Shown here piece after piece: positions 1 through 13,914 of a stretch of DNA of 64,000 nucleotides (positions within the stretch are counted from its first letter, which is position 1; each line of letters starts with the position of its first letter). This stretch comes from the human T2T-CHM13v2.0 reference genome, Homo sapiens. The DNA is taken from NCBI RefSeq assembly GCF_009914755.1, contig NC_060928.1; one strand, given 5' to 3'. The notes beneath the pieces were generated by a model. It was not told the origin of the DNA. It saw nothing but the letters and a program-made list of their open reading frames with translations, and made no database searches. A program made the translations under genes and the position numbers.

Positions 1-99
1 GAGTAACAGTTTGGAAAATATACAAGCTCTGTATTCATGTTCTTTTCATATTCTCTGTACTTTAGAACAGAGAATTATATGAGATAATTTTTTGTAATG

Positions 100-228
100 C
101 TTTATTGAGGTATGATTGACATAATAAAAGTTGTACATATTTAATTTATAAAACTTGATGGGTTTGGAGCTAAGTATATGTCTGTGAAACCATTCAAAAT
201 CTATGCTGTAAACACATCCATCATCCAG
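100..228 (-). mobile_element. Old L1M (L1MA/MB-type) 3' end fragment
   Basis: ctttattgaggtatgattgacata...gtacatatttaat...tgtgaaaccat resembles the antisense 3' terminus of mammalian-wide L1s. Confidence 0.65.
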
Positions 229-591
229 GGGATGATATTTTTAATGAATAATCCAGAGATGTGAAAATGAATGTTTTCGTAAAAATTGAGTTTTCTAATG
301 TATGTTGAGATTTCCAAAGAAGAGATACTGTAGATATACAGTATCCAGTCCAAATATAGTATTATAAGATGAGTAAATATATATATCTGGTCAGCAGCAA
401 AGTAGTTCCTAGAAATAACATCTCTGAAAAACCCAAACAATTCCCTCACCAAAATTAAAAATCAAAACCTTGTACATCCCAGCTAAGATATTCTTCCTCT
501 TAAATTTTCATAAGAATGAACTGGTCTATTTAAAACAATGACAGTGAGAAATACATTTTGAAAGAAGTCACCAGTTTCCAGGTGACCTATA

Positions 592-762
592 TGTCTGCTA
601 CTCAAAGTGTGGTCTCCAAACCAGGAGCATTAACATTTCCTGGAGCTTGTTAGAAATGCAGAAATGTAGGCCGCACTTCAGACCTAGTAACACAGAATCT
701 GCCTTTTAACAGGATCCCAAGGTAATTCATTCGCCCATTAAAGTTTGACAATCGTTGCTTTA
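592..762. mobile_element. MER5A-like hAT-Charlie MITE
   Basis: ctactcaaagtgtggtc...ggagcttgttagaaatgcaga...cagaatctgccttttaacaggatccc...aaagtttga. Confidence 0.8.
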
Positions 763-940
763 TGGATTTATATTTAACTATGTAGAGTAGGAGTAAAATA
801 TTAATAGCATGTTGGAAAAAGGAGTTGTAGCTGCTTGGCTGTTGCTCAGTTGCAACATTTAGATAATAAGTAAATATAAATTTTTTCCCATGGATTGAGA
901 ACATATTTTGTAATAGGGAATATGGTCAGCACTTGTATGG

Positions 941-1249
941 TTATTATTATTAGTAGTAGTAGTATTTTGAGATGGAGTCTCACTCTGTCGCCTAGGCTGA
1001 AGTACAGCGGCACAATCTCGGTTCACTGCAATCTCTGCCTCCCAGTTCAAGCGATTCTTCTGTCTCAGCCTCCCAGGTAGCTGGGATTATAGGGGCCCAC
1101 TATCATGCCCGGCTAATTTTTGTATTTTTAGTAGACATGGGGTTTCACCATGTTGGCCAGGCTGGTCTTGAACTCCTGACCTCAGGTGATCCGCCCACCT
1201 CAGCCTCCCAAAGTGCTGGGATTACGAGTGTGAGCCATTGCGCCCAGCT
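941..1249 (-). mobile_element. Alu (AluS-type), full length; tail decayed to (TTA)n(TAG)n
   Basis: tttgagatggagtctcactctgtcgcc...cctcccaaagtgctgggattac...gcgcccagc; dimeric structure. Confidence 0.95.
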
Positions 1250-1267
1250 GGCACTTTATTATTTAGC

Positions 1268-2859
1268 TTTAATTTTTAATTGTACATTGACAAATTATAA
1301 TTATATATATTTATGGGGTACAAAGTGATGTTATGATCTATGAATACAATGTGAAATGGTTAAATCAAGCTAGTTTGTGTGTCCAGCACTTCAAATGCTT
1401 ATCATTTTTTTATGGTGAGAGCATTTGAGAATTACCGTCTTAGAGATTCTGAAATGTACAATACATTATTACTGACTATATTTACCATGATGTGCAATAT
1501 ATCTTAAAGAAAAAACCTTATTCCTCCTGTCTAATTGAGGCTTTGTACTTTTTTACCATTATCTTCCCATTTCCCTCACCACTGATAACCATCCTTCTGC
1601 TCTCTGCTTCTTTGAGTTAGATTATTTTAGATTCCAATATAAGTGAGAACATTTTATATGTGTCTTTCTATGCCTGGCTTATTTCATTTAGTATACTATT
1701 CTCCAATTCCATCTATGATATTGCAAATGACAGGATTTATCATTTTTTAAGGCTGAATAATACTTCATTATATATATATCACATTTTCTTTATCCATTCA
1801 TTGGTTTATGGACACTTCCATGACTTGGCTATTAGGAATAGTGCTGCAATGAACATGGGACTGCAGACATCTGACATGCTGATTTCAAATATTTGGGTAA
1901 ATACCCAGAAGTAGGATTGCTGTATCATATGGTAATTTTATTTTTAGTTTTTGAGAAAACTCCATACAGATTTCTGTAATGGTTGTACTAATTTATAGTC
2001 CCACCAATAGTGCACAAGGGTTCCCTTTTCTCCACCTCCTTGCCAACATTCACCTTTCATCTTTTTGGTAACAGCCGTTCTAACAGGTGTGGTTTGATAT
2101 CTCATTGTGACTTTAGTTTACTAGTGATTAATGATGTTCAGCAATGTTTCCATATGTCTGTTCGCCACTTATGTCTTTGTTTTTGAGAGAGATGTCTATT
2201 CAGGTCCCTAGCCTATTTTAAAATTAGACCATTTGCTTTCTTTCTGTAGAGTTGTTTGAGTTTTTTATATGTTGGTTATTAATCCCTTATCAGATGTATG
2301 GCTTGCAAACATCTCCTTCCAATGCATAGGTTTTCTCTTCACTCTGTTGTTTTCTTTTTTTGTGCAGAAACTTTTAATTTTGATGTAATCCCATTTGTCT
2401 GTTTTTGCTTTTGTTGCTACACTTTTGGGGTCAAATCTAAAAAGTTATTGCCTAGACCAACGACACATAGTTTTCCCCTTATGTTTTCTTCTAGTGGCAT
2501 TAACAGTGTCAGGTCTTATGTTTAAGTCTTCAATTCATTTTGAATTGATTTTGCGTATGATGTGCGTTAAGGTTCAAATTTCATTCTGCATACGGATATC
2601 CAGTTTTCTCAGCATCATTTATTAAAGAGACTGTCCTTTTTCTATTGTGTATTCTTGGCACCTTTCTTGAAAATCAATTGACCATACACACATGTGTGGG
2701 TTGATTTATGGGTTCTCTATTCTGTTCTATTGGTCAATAACTCTATTTTTTGCCAGTATCACACTGTTTTAATTATTATCAGTTTGTAGTATATTTTGAA
2801 GTCAGGTAGTGTGATGCCTCCAGATTTGTTCTTTTTGCTCATCATTGCCTTGGCTATTG

Positions 2860-2902
<43 letters not shown>

Positions 2903-2958
2903 TGTGTGGTTCCATATAAATTTTAGGATTGTCTTTTCTATTTATGAAAAATGACGTT
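1268..2958 (-). mobile_element. L1MA (L1MA6-8-like) 3' UTR plus ORF2 3' part, 5'-truncated
   Basis: Antisense L1 3' UTR (ttatggggtacaaagtgatgttatga) followed by antisense ORF2 (gaagtcaggtagtgtgatgcctccag). Confidence 0.88.
2863..2900. repeat. (TG)19 microsatellite inside the L1
   Basis: Directly visible. Confidence 0.97.
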
Positions 2959-2961
2959 AAA

Positions 2962-3120
2962 TCTCTCAACTACCCTATGCTTTAGGTATTATTATTCATT
3001 TTGTACAGATAAGGAAACAAAAGGTTGGAGAGATTAACTTGCTGAATCTCACACAGCTGATAACTATTTCATTGGAGATTCAAATCCAGGTTAATTTGGA
3101 TCTTAAATCCATCCTCATAG
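2962..3120 (-). mobile_element. MIR SINE
   Basis: attattattcattttgtacagataaggaaac...cacacagct...gattcaaatccagg MIR core. Confidence 0.75.
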
Positions 3121-6100
3121 CTTCTGTGCTCATTCTCACTTCAATGAATTCAAAAGGAAGGTAAGTCTTAAGAAAACCTCTTAGGCAAGTGTATAGCGTT
3201 AGGCTTGGAAAGACTGATTTATTTGACTTTGTGGCAAGAATTACTGCAGCAAACCTATTTAGTTCTTAATAGTTGTTTGTCTATTTACTTTCTTGTCTTT
3301 TAGAGACCATTCCTAATGCAGCAGTTAAGAAAAAAGTCACATACTCCAGGGATCTTCCTGAAAACCACTAATCTGACATGTAGGCTATGACAACTGAGAT
3401 TGGCCTAGTGAGAAATCAAATCTAGGGTTTCCATCATGTAAGTTGTTGTCTTTATTTCATTATACTTTGATTCAACCCCTAATGGATTCAGCTTCATAAA
3501 GTCAGAAAAAGAAAAAAAAAGCAATTTATTCATGTTTTCATTGGAGCTCACTGCAGTCATGAAATTTCTCTAAAAATGCAAATCATTTGGTGCCACGTAA
3601 GTGAAACTCGGTAGCTAAAGTGCTTAGAGGAAAATGCTTTCCCAGGGCTAATGTTTTCATGCCCAGTGATTGAATAAATCGATCCATTTATTACAACATC
3701 TTCACTTAAGATTTTGTCCCTAGATGAATGTGTCTAAGAGTACTAGAAGACTTTTCTTTATCACTGAGAAAATTGATTACACTTGTTAATTTGGCTTTTA
3801 ATCCTAGATATATAAAAATAAATACCATAAACATGTGTAGAAGAAATCAATATAGATCTGTTCAATATCAGATTGATCAAAAAAGGATTTAGTAAGACTC
3901 TAAGATGTAAAATACTAATGTACAAACTAAGCCCTTACTTATGTAATACGACTTTAGACGAGCTCAGTATAAACCTAAAAGAAACTATTCCTGAAAACAG
4001 AAATGGTATACTTTTCTTGCATTAAAGAAAAACCCCCAGAAGGCCTACCTATCCAAGGTATTTAATGTGAACATTTGTTTTTAAAAGATTTCTTGTCTTT
4101 GGTCCAGCCACTGTTGTTAATTCATGGGGCATCATATCACAGAATTTTTATGTTACGTAAAGCAAAAATTACACTTAACAAATGTAAGGTTAAGTCATAA
4201 AAAATAGATAAAACAACACTTCTAAAAGCCAAGATATGACATGGAAAGGCTATCAGTCATTCTTTTCAGAGAAAGTGAGGACAATGAGAAATAAAAATAA
4301 TATTCAAAGACTCCTGAAATGCCACTTAGACTGGCTCTGGCCCATTATGTCATGTGTTTTGTAGAACTCAATAGCAAACCAAGTAGACACTCTTTTGACT
4401 AAGCATATTTTTTATTCTGCTTGTATAATAATGAATAAGACAGAGATTCACACTACTCCACTCTCAGAATGATGCAAGTTTAAAACTGCTTTTCTGGTAG
4501 TAATATGGTTTATGTTGAATATACACAGTGTCAGTCACAAATGATAATCTCTATTCATTTGTCACACACTCAACAGATATTCATTGAGAACCCAAGTGAA
4601 AAACACACATTTGTGGGATAGGTGCTTGGGTGCAGTTTGTAATTGATTTCAAATTAGATAGATTCAGAGGTACATGGCTGAGGAGGGGCATGGGAAGTTT
4701 AATCTGCAATTATGGCATAACCCTCTGAATTAGTGCATGACCCTCAGAGAAGAAATGAGGTTTTTATGTACAATTTCTTAAAACAATTAATTTAGTAGGG
4801 GACACAGAGTTTCAAAACAAATACTGACTTTAAAGGAATAAAGTTAAATGCATTTAAATGCTTGTCCCAATAAAAATAGTCTGCTGGGTTTCCATGGTAG
4901 GACTCAGGTTCCTTAACAGCTTAATCGGTGGGTCAAATATGAAAAGTCACAGAAAAGCAGAGCATCTCTGTGTTAGAGCATGTTTTCTCAACACTCAAAG
5001 TGCACACGATACAAATGTGTATACATTTTGACTGATAAGTCGAAGTCATTTCTGGAGAAATTTTTATGGTTAGAATTTTAGTACATAATCACCATTTCCT
5101 TGTAATCTTCAGATTATAAACTTTTCTCTTTTGAAAACTAATATATTTGTCCCTGTATCTGTAGCACCTTGCATGATGTCTTAGAGCTAGTATATACATA
5201 GTGTTTTCTGAGTGAACAGTCTGCAGCTTATGATTTACTTTAAAAATATGACACAATAAAATGTTAGTTGGCACATAGAAGGTGACCGTTAGATGTCTAC
5301 TGAAAGACAGACAGAGTGAGTTAATGCATCTATTCTTAAAAGTTTATATGACAGTACAAAAGACATATAGTAAAGACAAAGCTGTGGGTTTGAAACGCCA
5401 GATTAAAAAAATTCAACAGCAAGATCTATGGACAACTCTTTAATAAGTACATAAAAATTAGTTATGTAAGGAAGTCCTACCCAGAGCAATCAGGCAAGAG
5501 AAAGAAGTAGAAAGTATCCAAATAGTATAATAAGTCATAAAACGATCTCTCTTTGTTGATGATAGGATTCTATACCTAGAAAACCCTAAAGACTCTGCCA
5601 AAAGGCTCCTGGAACTGATAAACAACTTCAGTAAAGTTTCAGGATACAAAATCAATGTAAAAAAATCAGTAGCATTTCTATACAACAATAACGTTCAAGC
5701 TGAGAGTCAAATCAAGAACAGAGTCCCATTCACAATAGACACACACACACACAATTACCTAGGAATACATCTAACCAAGGAGCTGAATGATCTCTACAAG
5801 GAGAACTGCAAAATACTGCTCAAAGAAACCATAGATGACACAAACCAATGGAAAAACATTCCATGTTCATGGATTGGAAGAATAAATATTGTTGAAATGG
5901 CCATAATTTCCAAATCAACCTGCAGATTCAATGCTGTTCCTATCAAGCTACCAACATCATTTTTCACAAACGGATAAAAAACAATTCTAAAAATCATACA
6001 GAACCAAAAAAGAGCCCAAATAGCCAAAGCAATCCTAAGCAAAAAGAATAAAGCCAGAGGTCCCACACTACACTACCCAACTTCAAACTATACCATAAGG

Positions 6101-6354
6101 CCACAGTAAACAAAACAGCATGGTACTGGTACAAAAACAGACACATAGACCAATGGAACAGAATGGAGAACCTGAAAATAAAGCTGCACACCTACGGCCA
6201 CCTGATTTTTGACAAAGTCAACAAAAATAAGCAATGGAAAAAAGACTCCTTATTCAATAAATGGTGCTAGAATAGCTGGCTAGCCATATGCAGAAGAAAA
6301 AAAAATGGACCCCTACCTTTTACCATATTCAAAAAGTAACTCAAGATGGATTAA

Positions 6355-6678
<324 letters not shown>

Positions 6679-6684
6679 TAAATG

Positions 6685-6926
6685 CAGGCAGATCACCTGA
6701 GGTCAGGGGTTCAAGACCAGCCTGGCTAACATGGTGAAACCCCGTTTCTACTAAAAGTACAAAAAATTAGCCAGGTGTGGTGGCACGTGCCTATAATCCC
6801 AGCTACTCGGGAGGCTGAAGCAGGAGAATCACTTGAACTGGGAGGCGGAGGTTGCACTGAGCCAAGATCACACCATTGCACTCCAGCTTGGGCAACAAGA
6901 GCAAAACTCCGTCAAAAAAAAAAAAA
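6685..6926 (+). mobile_element. Alu (AluS-type), 5'-truncated, nested in L1
   Basis: Starts at gcaggcagatcacctgaggtcagg and ends in an A-tail; short TSD ttaaatg. Confidence 0.93.
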
Positions 6927-8191
6927 TTAAATGTAAGACCTCAAACAATAAGAATCCTAGAAGAAAACAGGAAACACCATTCTGGACATGGGCCTTGGGA
7001 AATAATTTATGACTCAGTCCTCAAAACAATTGCAGCAGAAACAAAATTTGACAAGTGGGACCTAATTAAACTAAAGAGCTTCTGTACAGCAAAATAAACT
7101 ATCAACAGAGTAAACAATCTACAAATGGGAGAAAATATTCACAAACTATGCATCTGACAAATATTTAATACCCAGAATCTATAAGGAACTTAATTAAATG
7201 AGCAAAAGACAAAAACTCCATTAAAAAGTGGGCAAATGACATGAACAGACACTTCTCAAAAGAAATCATACAAAGAGCCAACAAACGTATGAGAAAGTGC
7301 TCCACATAACTAATCATCAGAGAAATGCAAATCAAAACCAGAATGAGATACCATCTCACACCAGTCAGAATGGCTATTATTCAGAAGTGAAACAGCAGAT
7401 GCTTGTGAGCCTGTGGAGAAAAGGGAATGCTTATGCACTGTTGGTGGGAATGTAAATTAGTTCAGCCACTGTGGAAAGCAGTTTGGAGATTCCTCAGAGA
7501 ACTGAAAACAGAACTACCAGTCAACTGAGAAATCCCATTACTGGGTATATATCTAAAAGAATATAAATTGTTGTACCAAAAGACATGCTCTCACATGTTT
7601 ATTGCAGCTTTGTTCAGAATACCAAAGACATGGAGCCAACCTAGTTTCCCATCAATGGTGGACCGAATAAAGAAAAGGCACACATATACACCATGGAATA
7701 CTATGCAGTCACAAAAAGAGTGAAATCATGTCCTTTGCAGCAACATGGATGCAGCTGGAGGCCATTATCCTAAGTGAATTAATGCAGGAACAGAAAACCA
7801 AATACTGCATGTTCTCACTTACAAGTAGGAGTTAAACATTGGGTACTCATAGACATAAAGATGGCAAAAATAGACACTGGGGGCTACTAAACGGGGAGGC
7901 AGAGAAGGAGGCAAGGATTGAAAATCTAGCTGTTGGGTGCTATGCTCGCAATTTGGGTGATGGGATCTATTTATTGCATACCTCAGCATCACAGAATATG
8001 TCCAAGTAACAAACCTGCATGTGTACCCCCCAAATCTAAAATAAAAGTTGAAATTATAAAAAAAGATAATTTTTAAGAACTGATTTTCCTCTTGAATATA
8101 TTATTTGCTCCTTTTACAAGGAAAAGTCTAAACTTTTAGTCACAGTTTATAAAATGCTTTAGAGAAGAAATGAGATTTTTATGTTCAACTT

Positions 8192-8475
8192 CTTTTTTTT
8201 TTATTTTTTTATTTTTTGAGACAGAGTCTCACTCTGTCATGGCACAAGTTGGCTCACTGCAACCTCTGCCTCCTGAGTTCAAGCAATACTCCTGCCTCAG
8301 CTTCCCGAGTAGCTGGGATTACAGGTGCCCACCACCACGCCTGGCTAATTTTTGTATTTTTAGTAGAGACGGGGTTTCACCACGTTCGCCAGGCTGGTCT
8401 TGAGCTCCTGACCTCAGGTGATCCGCCTGCCTCGGCCTCCCAAAGTGCTGGGATTACACACCATCATGCCTGGCC
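8192..8475 (-). mobile_element. Alu (AluS-type) with small internal deletions
   Basis: T-tail then gagacagagtctcactctgtc...cctggcc; flanks tcaacttctt / tcagcttctt. Confidence 0.93.
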
Positions 8476-8920
8476 ATCAGCTTCTTAAAATAATTTAAAA
8501 TAATTATTTAAGTTCAAAGAAATACATGCTTGTTTTTCCTTCCTTTCTTAATGGAGGAAGACTTCAGCTATACGACTTATCTTAATTTTTATGGATTCTG
8601 TGGTTTTTACGCAGTTTACAGGTATTGAGTCACCTTTCCCCATTGCAGTCAGTGTAACTGGAGTATATATGGGCATAGAGGGGAGAAGAGAGAATGAATA
8701 CTAGCTTTGGAAGATTGTTTATCCTTTCTACTCAAATAATCTGCCTCCTTCAAATTTAACTTCTTTGTTTCGATTGCACTGTGGTAGGGACAAAAAAGTA
8801 CTGTATCTTAAAACCAAACATATTTTTCCTGGAAAGGCATTATATAAACTATACTTCAGTGAAAGAGATGCTACTAAAAGATATGACAGTACTTATTCAG
8901 ATGATAAAAATTACTGGAAA

Positions 8921-9211
8921 GGCCAGACTGGTAGATCACACCTGTAATCCCAGCACTTTGGGAGGCTGAGGCGGGAGGATTGCCTGGGCTCAAGAATTCT
9001 GAGCCAGGCTGGGCAACATAGTGAGACTTTGTCTCCACAAAAAATTTTAAAAAATTAGCCAAATGTGGTGATGCATGCCTATATTCCCAGCTACTTGGGA
9101 GGCTGAGGTGGGAAGATTGCTTGAGCCTGGGGAGGTCAAAGCTGCAGTGAGCAGGGATCTCACCACTGCACTCCAGCCTGGGTGACAGAGTGATACCTTG
9201 TTTCAAAAAAA
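8921..9211 (+). mobile_element. AluJ
   Basis: ggcca...cctgtaatcccagcactttgggaggctgaggcgggaggattg (J-type); TSD ttactggaaa on both sides. Confidence 0.93.
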
Positions 9212-9551
9212 CAGTTACTGGAAAAAAGGCTACTTTTATGGCTAATTCCACGTAACTAAATTAGGTTGAAGAAAACTTTATATTGTCTTATCACCAAAAA
9301 GCCTATTTTATATCTATCTGTCCATTATATCTGTCTGCCTGTCTATCCATCTTTCATCAAGGTGTTTGCCTGCATCATTCTTGCCATCTTCTGATCTAAG
9401 AAACTGAGAATAAAAAAACCAAATAGCCTATATAGTTTAAAGTGTTGATTTGCTCCAATATTGTAGAGCATTTCATTCCACATATTCGGAAAGCCAAGTA
9501 AATTACATATCAACTTGAATAGAGTCCCTTACACCTATACACCTATTCTAT

Positions 9552-9842
9552 ATTTTTAGAGTCAGGGTCTCACTCTGTTGCCCAGGTTGGAGTGCAATGG
9601 TGTAATTATAGTCCACTGCAGCCTGCAACTCCTGGACTCAAGTGATCCTGTCACCTCAGTCTCCCAAATAATTAGGACTATTGATGTGTACTACCAAACT
9701 CAGCTAATTTTTTATTTTAATTTTAGAGACAGCGGTATTGCTATATTGCCCAGGCTGGTCTCAAACTCCTGTCCTCAAGTGATCCTCCTGCCTTGGCCTC
9801 CCAAAATGTTTGGGATTACAGGTGTAAGCCATCATGCCAGGT
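9552..9842 (-). mobile_element. AluJ (diverged)
   Basis: ttttagagtcagggtctcactctgttgcccagg...gggattacaggtgtaagcca. Confidence 0.9.
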
Positions 9843-9865
9843 CTAAACCATGTATAAAAAAATTT

Positions 9866-10164
<299 letters not shown>

Positions 10165-10549
10165 TCAGTTATGTCTTACTCAGATTGGCCTGTTTTCTTT
10201 TTCAAGTATTGTCATAAAAGTACTCTTTTCTTTTTGACACCTGTTATCTTGCTCAAGGTTTTGTGATATTTTTCATGAAGATGGTATATAGACAGCATAT
10301 TTGGAACAATGTTAAGGGGAATCTACTGCTTTATGCATATTACTGATGACTTTATGAAGCCACCTTTTCTAAATTATAAAATATAAACTAAGTTACTCAC
10401 ATAAGGGTTTGAACTTGGAAGAGTAACTAAATAGAACAGTTCCTTTGCATTGACATTATTACAGAACTTTATTAACTTTTGTGAAAGAGTAAAGAAAATA
10501 ATAGGCCCTAAGAATTCTGTAATTATTCTCTGTGGATCACATTCCTTAC

Positions 10550-10830
10550 TTTAAAAATTAAAAAATTTTTGCATAGATGATTCTTGCACGTGGTACATTT
10601 TTAAAAAAGGGTAGACAGTGAAAAATCTGTTTGAAATCCTTGATCCCACTTACTTACTTCCTTTCCTCTAGAGGCAACCACTGTTACTGTTTCTTACTCT
10701 TTCAGATACGTTCCATGCACTTATAAAAAGATAAAATGATATATATTTATATAAAATATATAATATAAATTTGTGTTTTATATTTATATGAATGTCACCA
10801 TACTATGCACACATTTCTGTACTTTTTAAG
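10550..10830 (-). mobile_element. Old L1ME-type 3' fragment (probably continuing at ~11600-12070 and ~12660-13100)
   Basis: gtagacagtgaaaa...ctagaggcaaccactgttact resembles the L1ME 3' end. Confidence 0.55.
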
Positions 10831-10869
10831 AAGCAATATATATTAGATATCATTCTCTCTCTCTTTTTA

Positions 10870-11595
10870 CATACTTTATTTTTTAGAGCAGTTTCGGTTT
10901 ACAGCAAAACTGAGCAGAAAGTACAGAGTTCCCATATACCATGCACAGTCTCTCCCACTTTGACATCTGGCACGAGAGTGGTGCATTTCTTATAATGGAT
11001 GAACCTACCTTGACAAATCGTTATCACCCAAAGTCCGTAATTTACATTAGGGTTCACTTTTGGTGTTACACATTCTTTGGGTTTTGAAAAATATATAATG
11101 ACATGTACTCACCATTACAGAATCATAAAATAGTTTCACTGCTCTAAAAATCCTCTGTGCTTTGCCAATTAATCTTTCCCTCCCTGAAACCACCGATTTT
11201 TGAAAATCTTTTCCATAGTGTTGCCTTTTTCTAGAATGTCCTAGAGTTGAAATCATATAATATGTAGCCTTTTCAGACTGGCTTCTTTCACTTAGTAATA
11301 TGCATTTAAGATTCCTCCATATCTTTTCATAGGTTGATAATTCATTTCTTTTTGGTGCTGAATAATATTCCATTGTCGGGATATACCACTGTTTATTAAA
11401 ATAAATTCAGCTACCGAAGAACATTTGGTTGCTTCCAAGTTTTGGCAATTATTAATAAAGCTGCTATAAAATTAGTGTGCAGGTGTTTATGTAGACATGT
11501 TTTTAACTCAGCTGAATAAATACGAAGGAGCATAATTATTGGATCATATGGCAAGAGTACATTTAGTTTTATAAGAAACTGCCAAGCTTGTCTTC
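10870..11595 (-). mobile_element. L1MC/L1MD-type 3' end
   Basis: tttattttttagagcagtttcggtttacagcaaaactgagcagaaagtacagag; minus-strand ORF MEYYSAPKRNEL matches the L1 ORF2 C-terminus. Confidence 0.85.
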
Positions 11596-11671
11596 TCATT
11601 ATCTTGATAATTCTCTTTTAGTACATACGGAGTTGCTTCATTCATTGCTAACTGGAATAAGAATCCACATA

Positions 11672-11975
11672 GGGCCAGGTGCGATGGCTCATGCCTGTAA
11701 TCCCAGCATTTTGGGAGGCCAAGGTGGGTGGGTCACCTGAGGTTAGGCATTCAAGATCAGCCTGGCCAACATGGCAAAACCCTGTCTCTACTAAAAATAC
11801 AAAAATTAGCCGGGCGAGGTGGTGGGCACCTATAATCCCAGCTACTCAGGAGGCTGAGGCAGGAGAATCACCTGAACATGGAGGCAAAGGTTGCAGTGAG
11901 CCTAGATGGTGCCACTGCACTCCAGTCTGGGCAACAGAGTGAGAGCCCATCTCAAAAAAAAGAAAAAAAAAAAAA
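11672..11975 (+). mobile_element. Alu (AluS-type), full length
   Basis: ggccaggtgcgatggctcatgcctgtaatc...A-tail; TSD aagaatccacatag / aagattccacgcag. Confidence 0.96.
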
Positions 11976-12089
11976 GATTCCACGCAGCAATGTACCATAA
12001 TCTAACCAGTCACTCAGTGTTCTGTTGAACATCTAAGTTGTTTGCAATCTTTTGTAATACTGAAAATCAACTCCTACACATATATAAGG

Positions 12090-12660
12090 CTTTTAAAATT
12101 TGCTTGCCCTTCAGCCTGGACTGCTTCCCCCAAGATAATCATATGGTACACTCCTTCCTTTACTCTCCTGAAATATCACCTTGCCTGAAAGGTCTTCCCC
12201 ATCCATTCTATCTAAAATAAAATTGCCCCATTTATACAGGGACAGGGAATGATGGAATGGGGCCAATTTATTTATTTATTTATTTTAATATAACATTTTA
12301 CTTTTACTACTACTACTCTCTCTCTCTATATATATATACACATATATGATTATATATAAAATACTGGGTACTAAAATGTATGTGTGTATGTGTATATATG
12401 TGTGTATAACTGTCCAGAGGATATATATACATATATATACACATATATATGTATATATATACGTATATATATGTGTGTGTGTATATATATGTGTGTATGT
12501 ATATATATATATGTACGTATCTGTCTAGATGCCCTCTAGTGAATCATCTCTCTGAAGGAAGGGACTTTGTTTTGTTTTCTGCTGTATCCCCAGTGCCTCC
12601 CTCAGCCAATGCCAGGCACATAGGGATATATTATAAATAGTTGTTGAATGAATGAATGTG
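12090..12660 (+). mobile_element. L2 3' end interrupted by dinucleotide repeats
   Basis: gggactttgttttgttttctgctgtatccccagtgcct...ggcacatag...gttgaatgaatgaatg terminal L2 motif. Confidence 0.75.
12315..12520. repeat. Compound (CT)n(AT)n/(TG)n simple repeat
   Basis: Directly visible. Confidence 0.9.
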
Positions 12661-13202
12661 TTGGTACATCTATTGTATAAACTTTGAATTATTGGGCCAA
12701 AGTTTTGTTCATTCTACATTTTGATATTGCCAAACTACTCTCCTTGGAGGCCGTATCTCTTCTTTTCACTAATAATATGTGGGAGATCTTGTGCCATCTT
12801 ATACTAACTTATAAATTGTATTATCAAACATTTGCTGATCTGATAGCTGAAAAAGTGCTTCCTACATTTTTCATTTACGTTTCTCCTAACATGAGTAAAG
12901 TTCAGCATTTTTCACATTAAAGTTGACTTTTCATTTAACTCTCTTTTCCTTTTCCTTTTTAAAACTGGATTGTTCTTTTGTTTATTGATCTATGAAGGAG
13001 ATAAACTCTTTGTGACATTTGAAGACTTTTTTCCGAGTTCATTTTTATCTTTTAAACTTGTTTATCATATATTTTGTCATGCAGAGTTTTTTATGAAGGC
13101 ATGTTGTCATTTTCTTCATCTTTGATTGTAGAGCTTGGATGTCTGCTCTGTGAAATCAGATGTCTAATGGGTTCAAAAAGGTTTGCTTTGTTATAAAGAT
13201 GG

Positions 13203-13575
13203 TGTATTAGTCTGTTTTCCTACTGCTATAAAGAACTGCCTGAGACTGGGTAATTTATTTTAAAAAAAGATGTTTAATTAACTGACAGTTCTACAGGGTT
13301 GGGGAGGCCTCAGGAAACTTACAATCATGGCAGAAGTAGAAGCAGGCATGTCTTATATGGCGGCAGGCAAGAGAGTGCTAGTGTGAAGGAGGAACTGTCA
13401 AACACTTATAAAACCATCAGATCTTATGAGAACTCACTATCATGAGAACAGCTTGGGGGAAACTGCCCCCAAGATCAAATCCCCTCCCACCATGACCCTC
13501 CCTCGATACGTGGGGATTATGGGGATTACCATTAGAGATGAGATTTGGGTGGGGACACAAAGCCAAACCATATTA
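13203..13575 (-). mobile_element. THE1/MSTA-type ERVL-MaLR solo LTR
   Basis: tgtattagtctgtttt...gagactgggtaatttat...gagatttgggtggggacaca.agccaaaccatatta; 5-bp TSD gatgg/ggtgg. Confidence 0.93.
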
Positions 13576-13819
13576 GGTGGGATTGACACTCTTTCATGGA
13601 TTCTACAAGCAGAAGCTAGAATAGTATTATTCTTTACATACTAACTTTGTACTCACACATCTTACCAAGTTATCTTATTTTTATAAGGGTTTTCATTGGA
13701 TTTTCCTTGGTTTTTCAGCTGAGCATTTATATCTATGTAAATAAGTATACATTCTCCTCATATTTTTCCATATCTTGTATAGTATCTTCTTTCTTTCTCT
13801 ATAATAATGTTAAATCCTG

Positions 13820-13907
13820 GGATACTACACAGCCATAAAAAAGAAGGAAATCATGTCATTTGCAGCAACGTGGAGGCAGCTGGAGGGCATTACCCTAAGT
13901 GATTAAC
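13820..13907 (+). mobile_element. Isolated L1 internal fragment (ORF2 end), no tail
   Basis: atactacacagccataaaaaagaaggaaatcatgtcatttgcagcaac. Confidence 0.8.
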
Positions 13908-13914
13908 TTGGGTG

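Noticed and set aside
895-1328. Alu-derived ORFs (also at 6305-6681, 8170-8488, 8874-9251 and 11679-11942)
   Set aside because: Typical Alu translation artefacts (e.g. [15 protein letters not shown])
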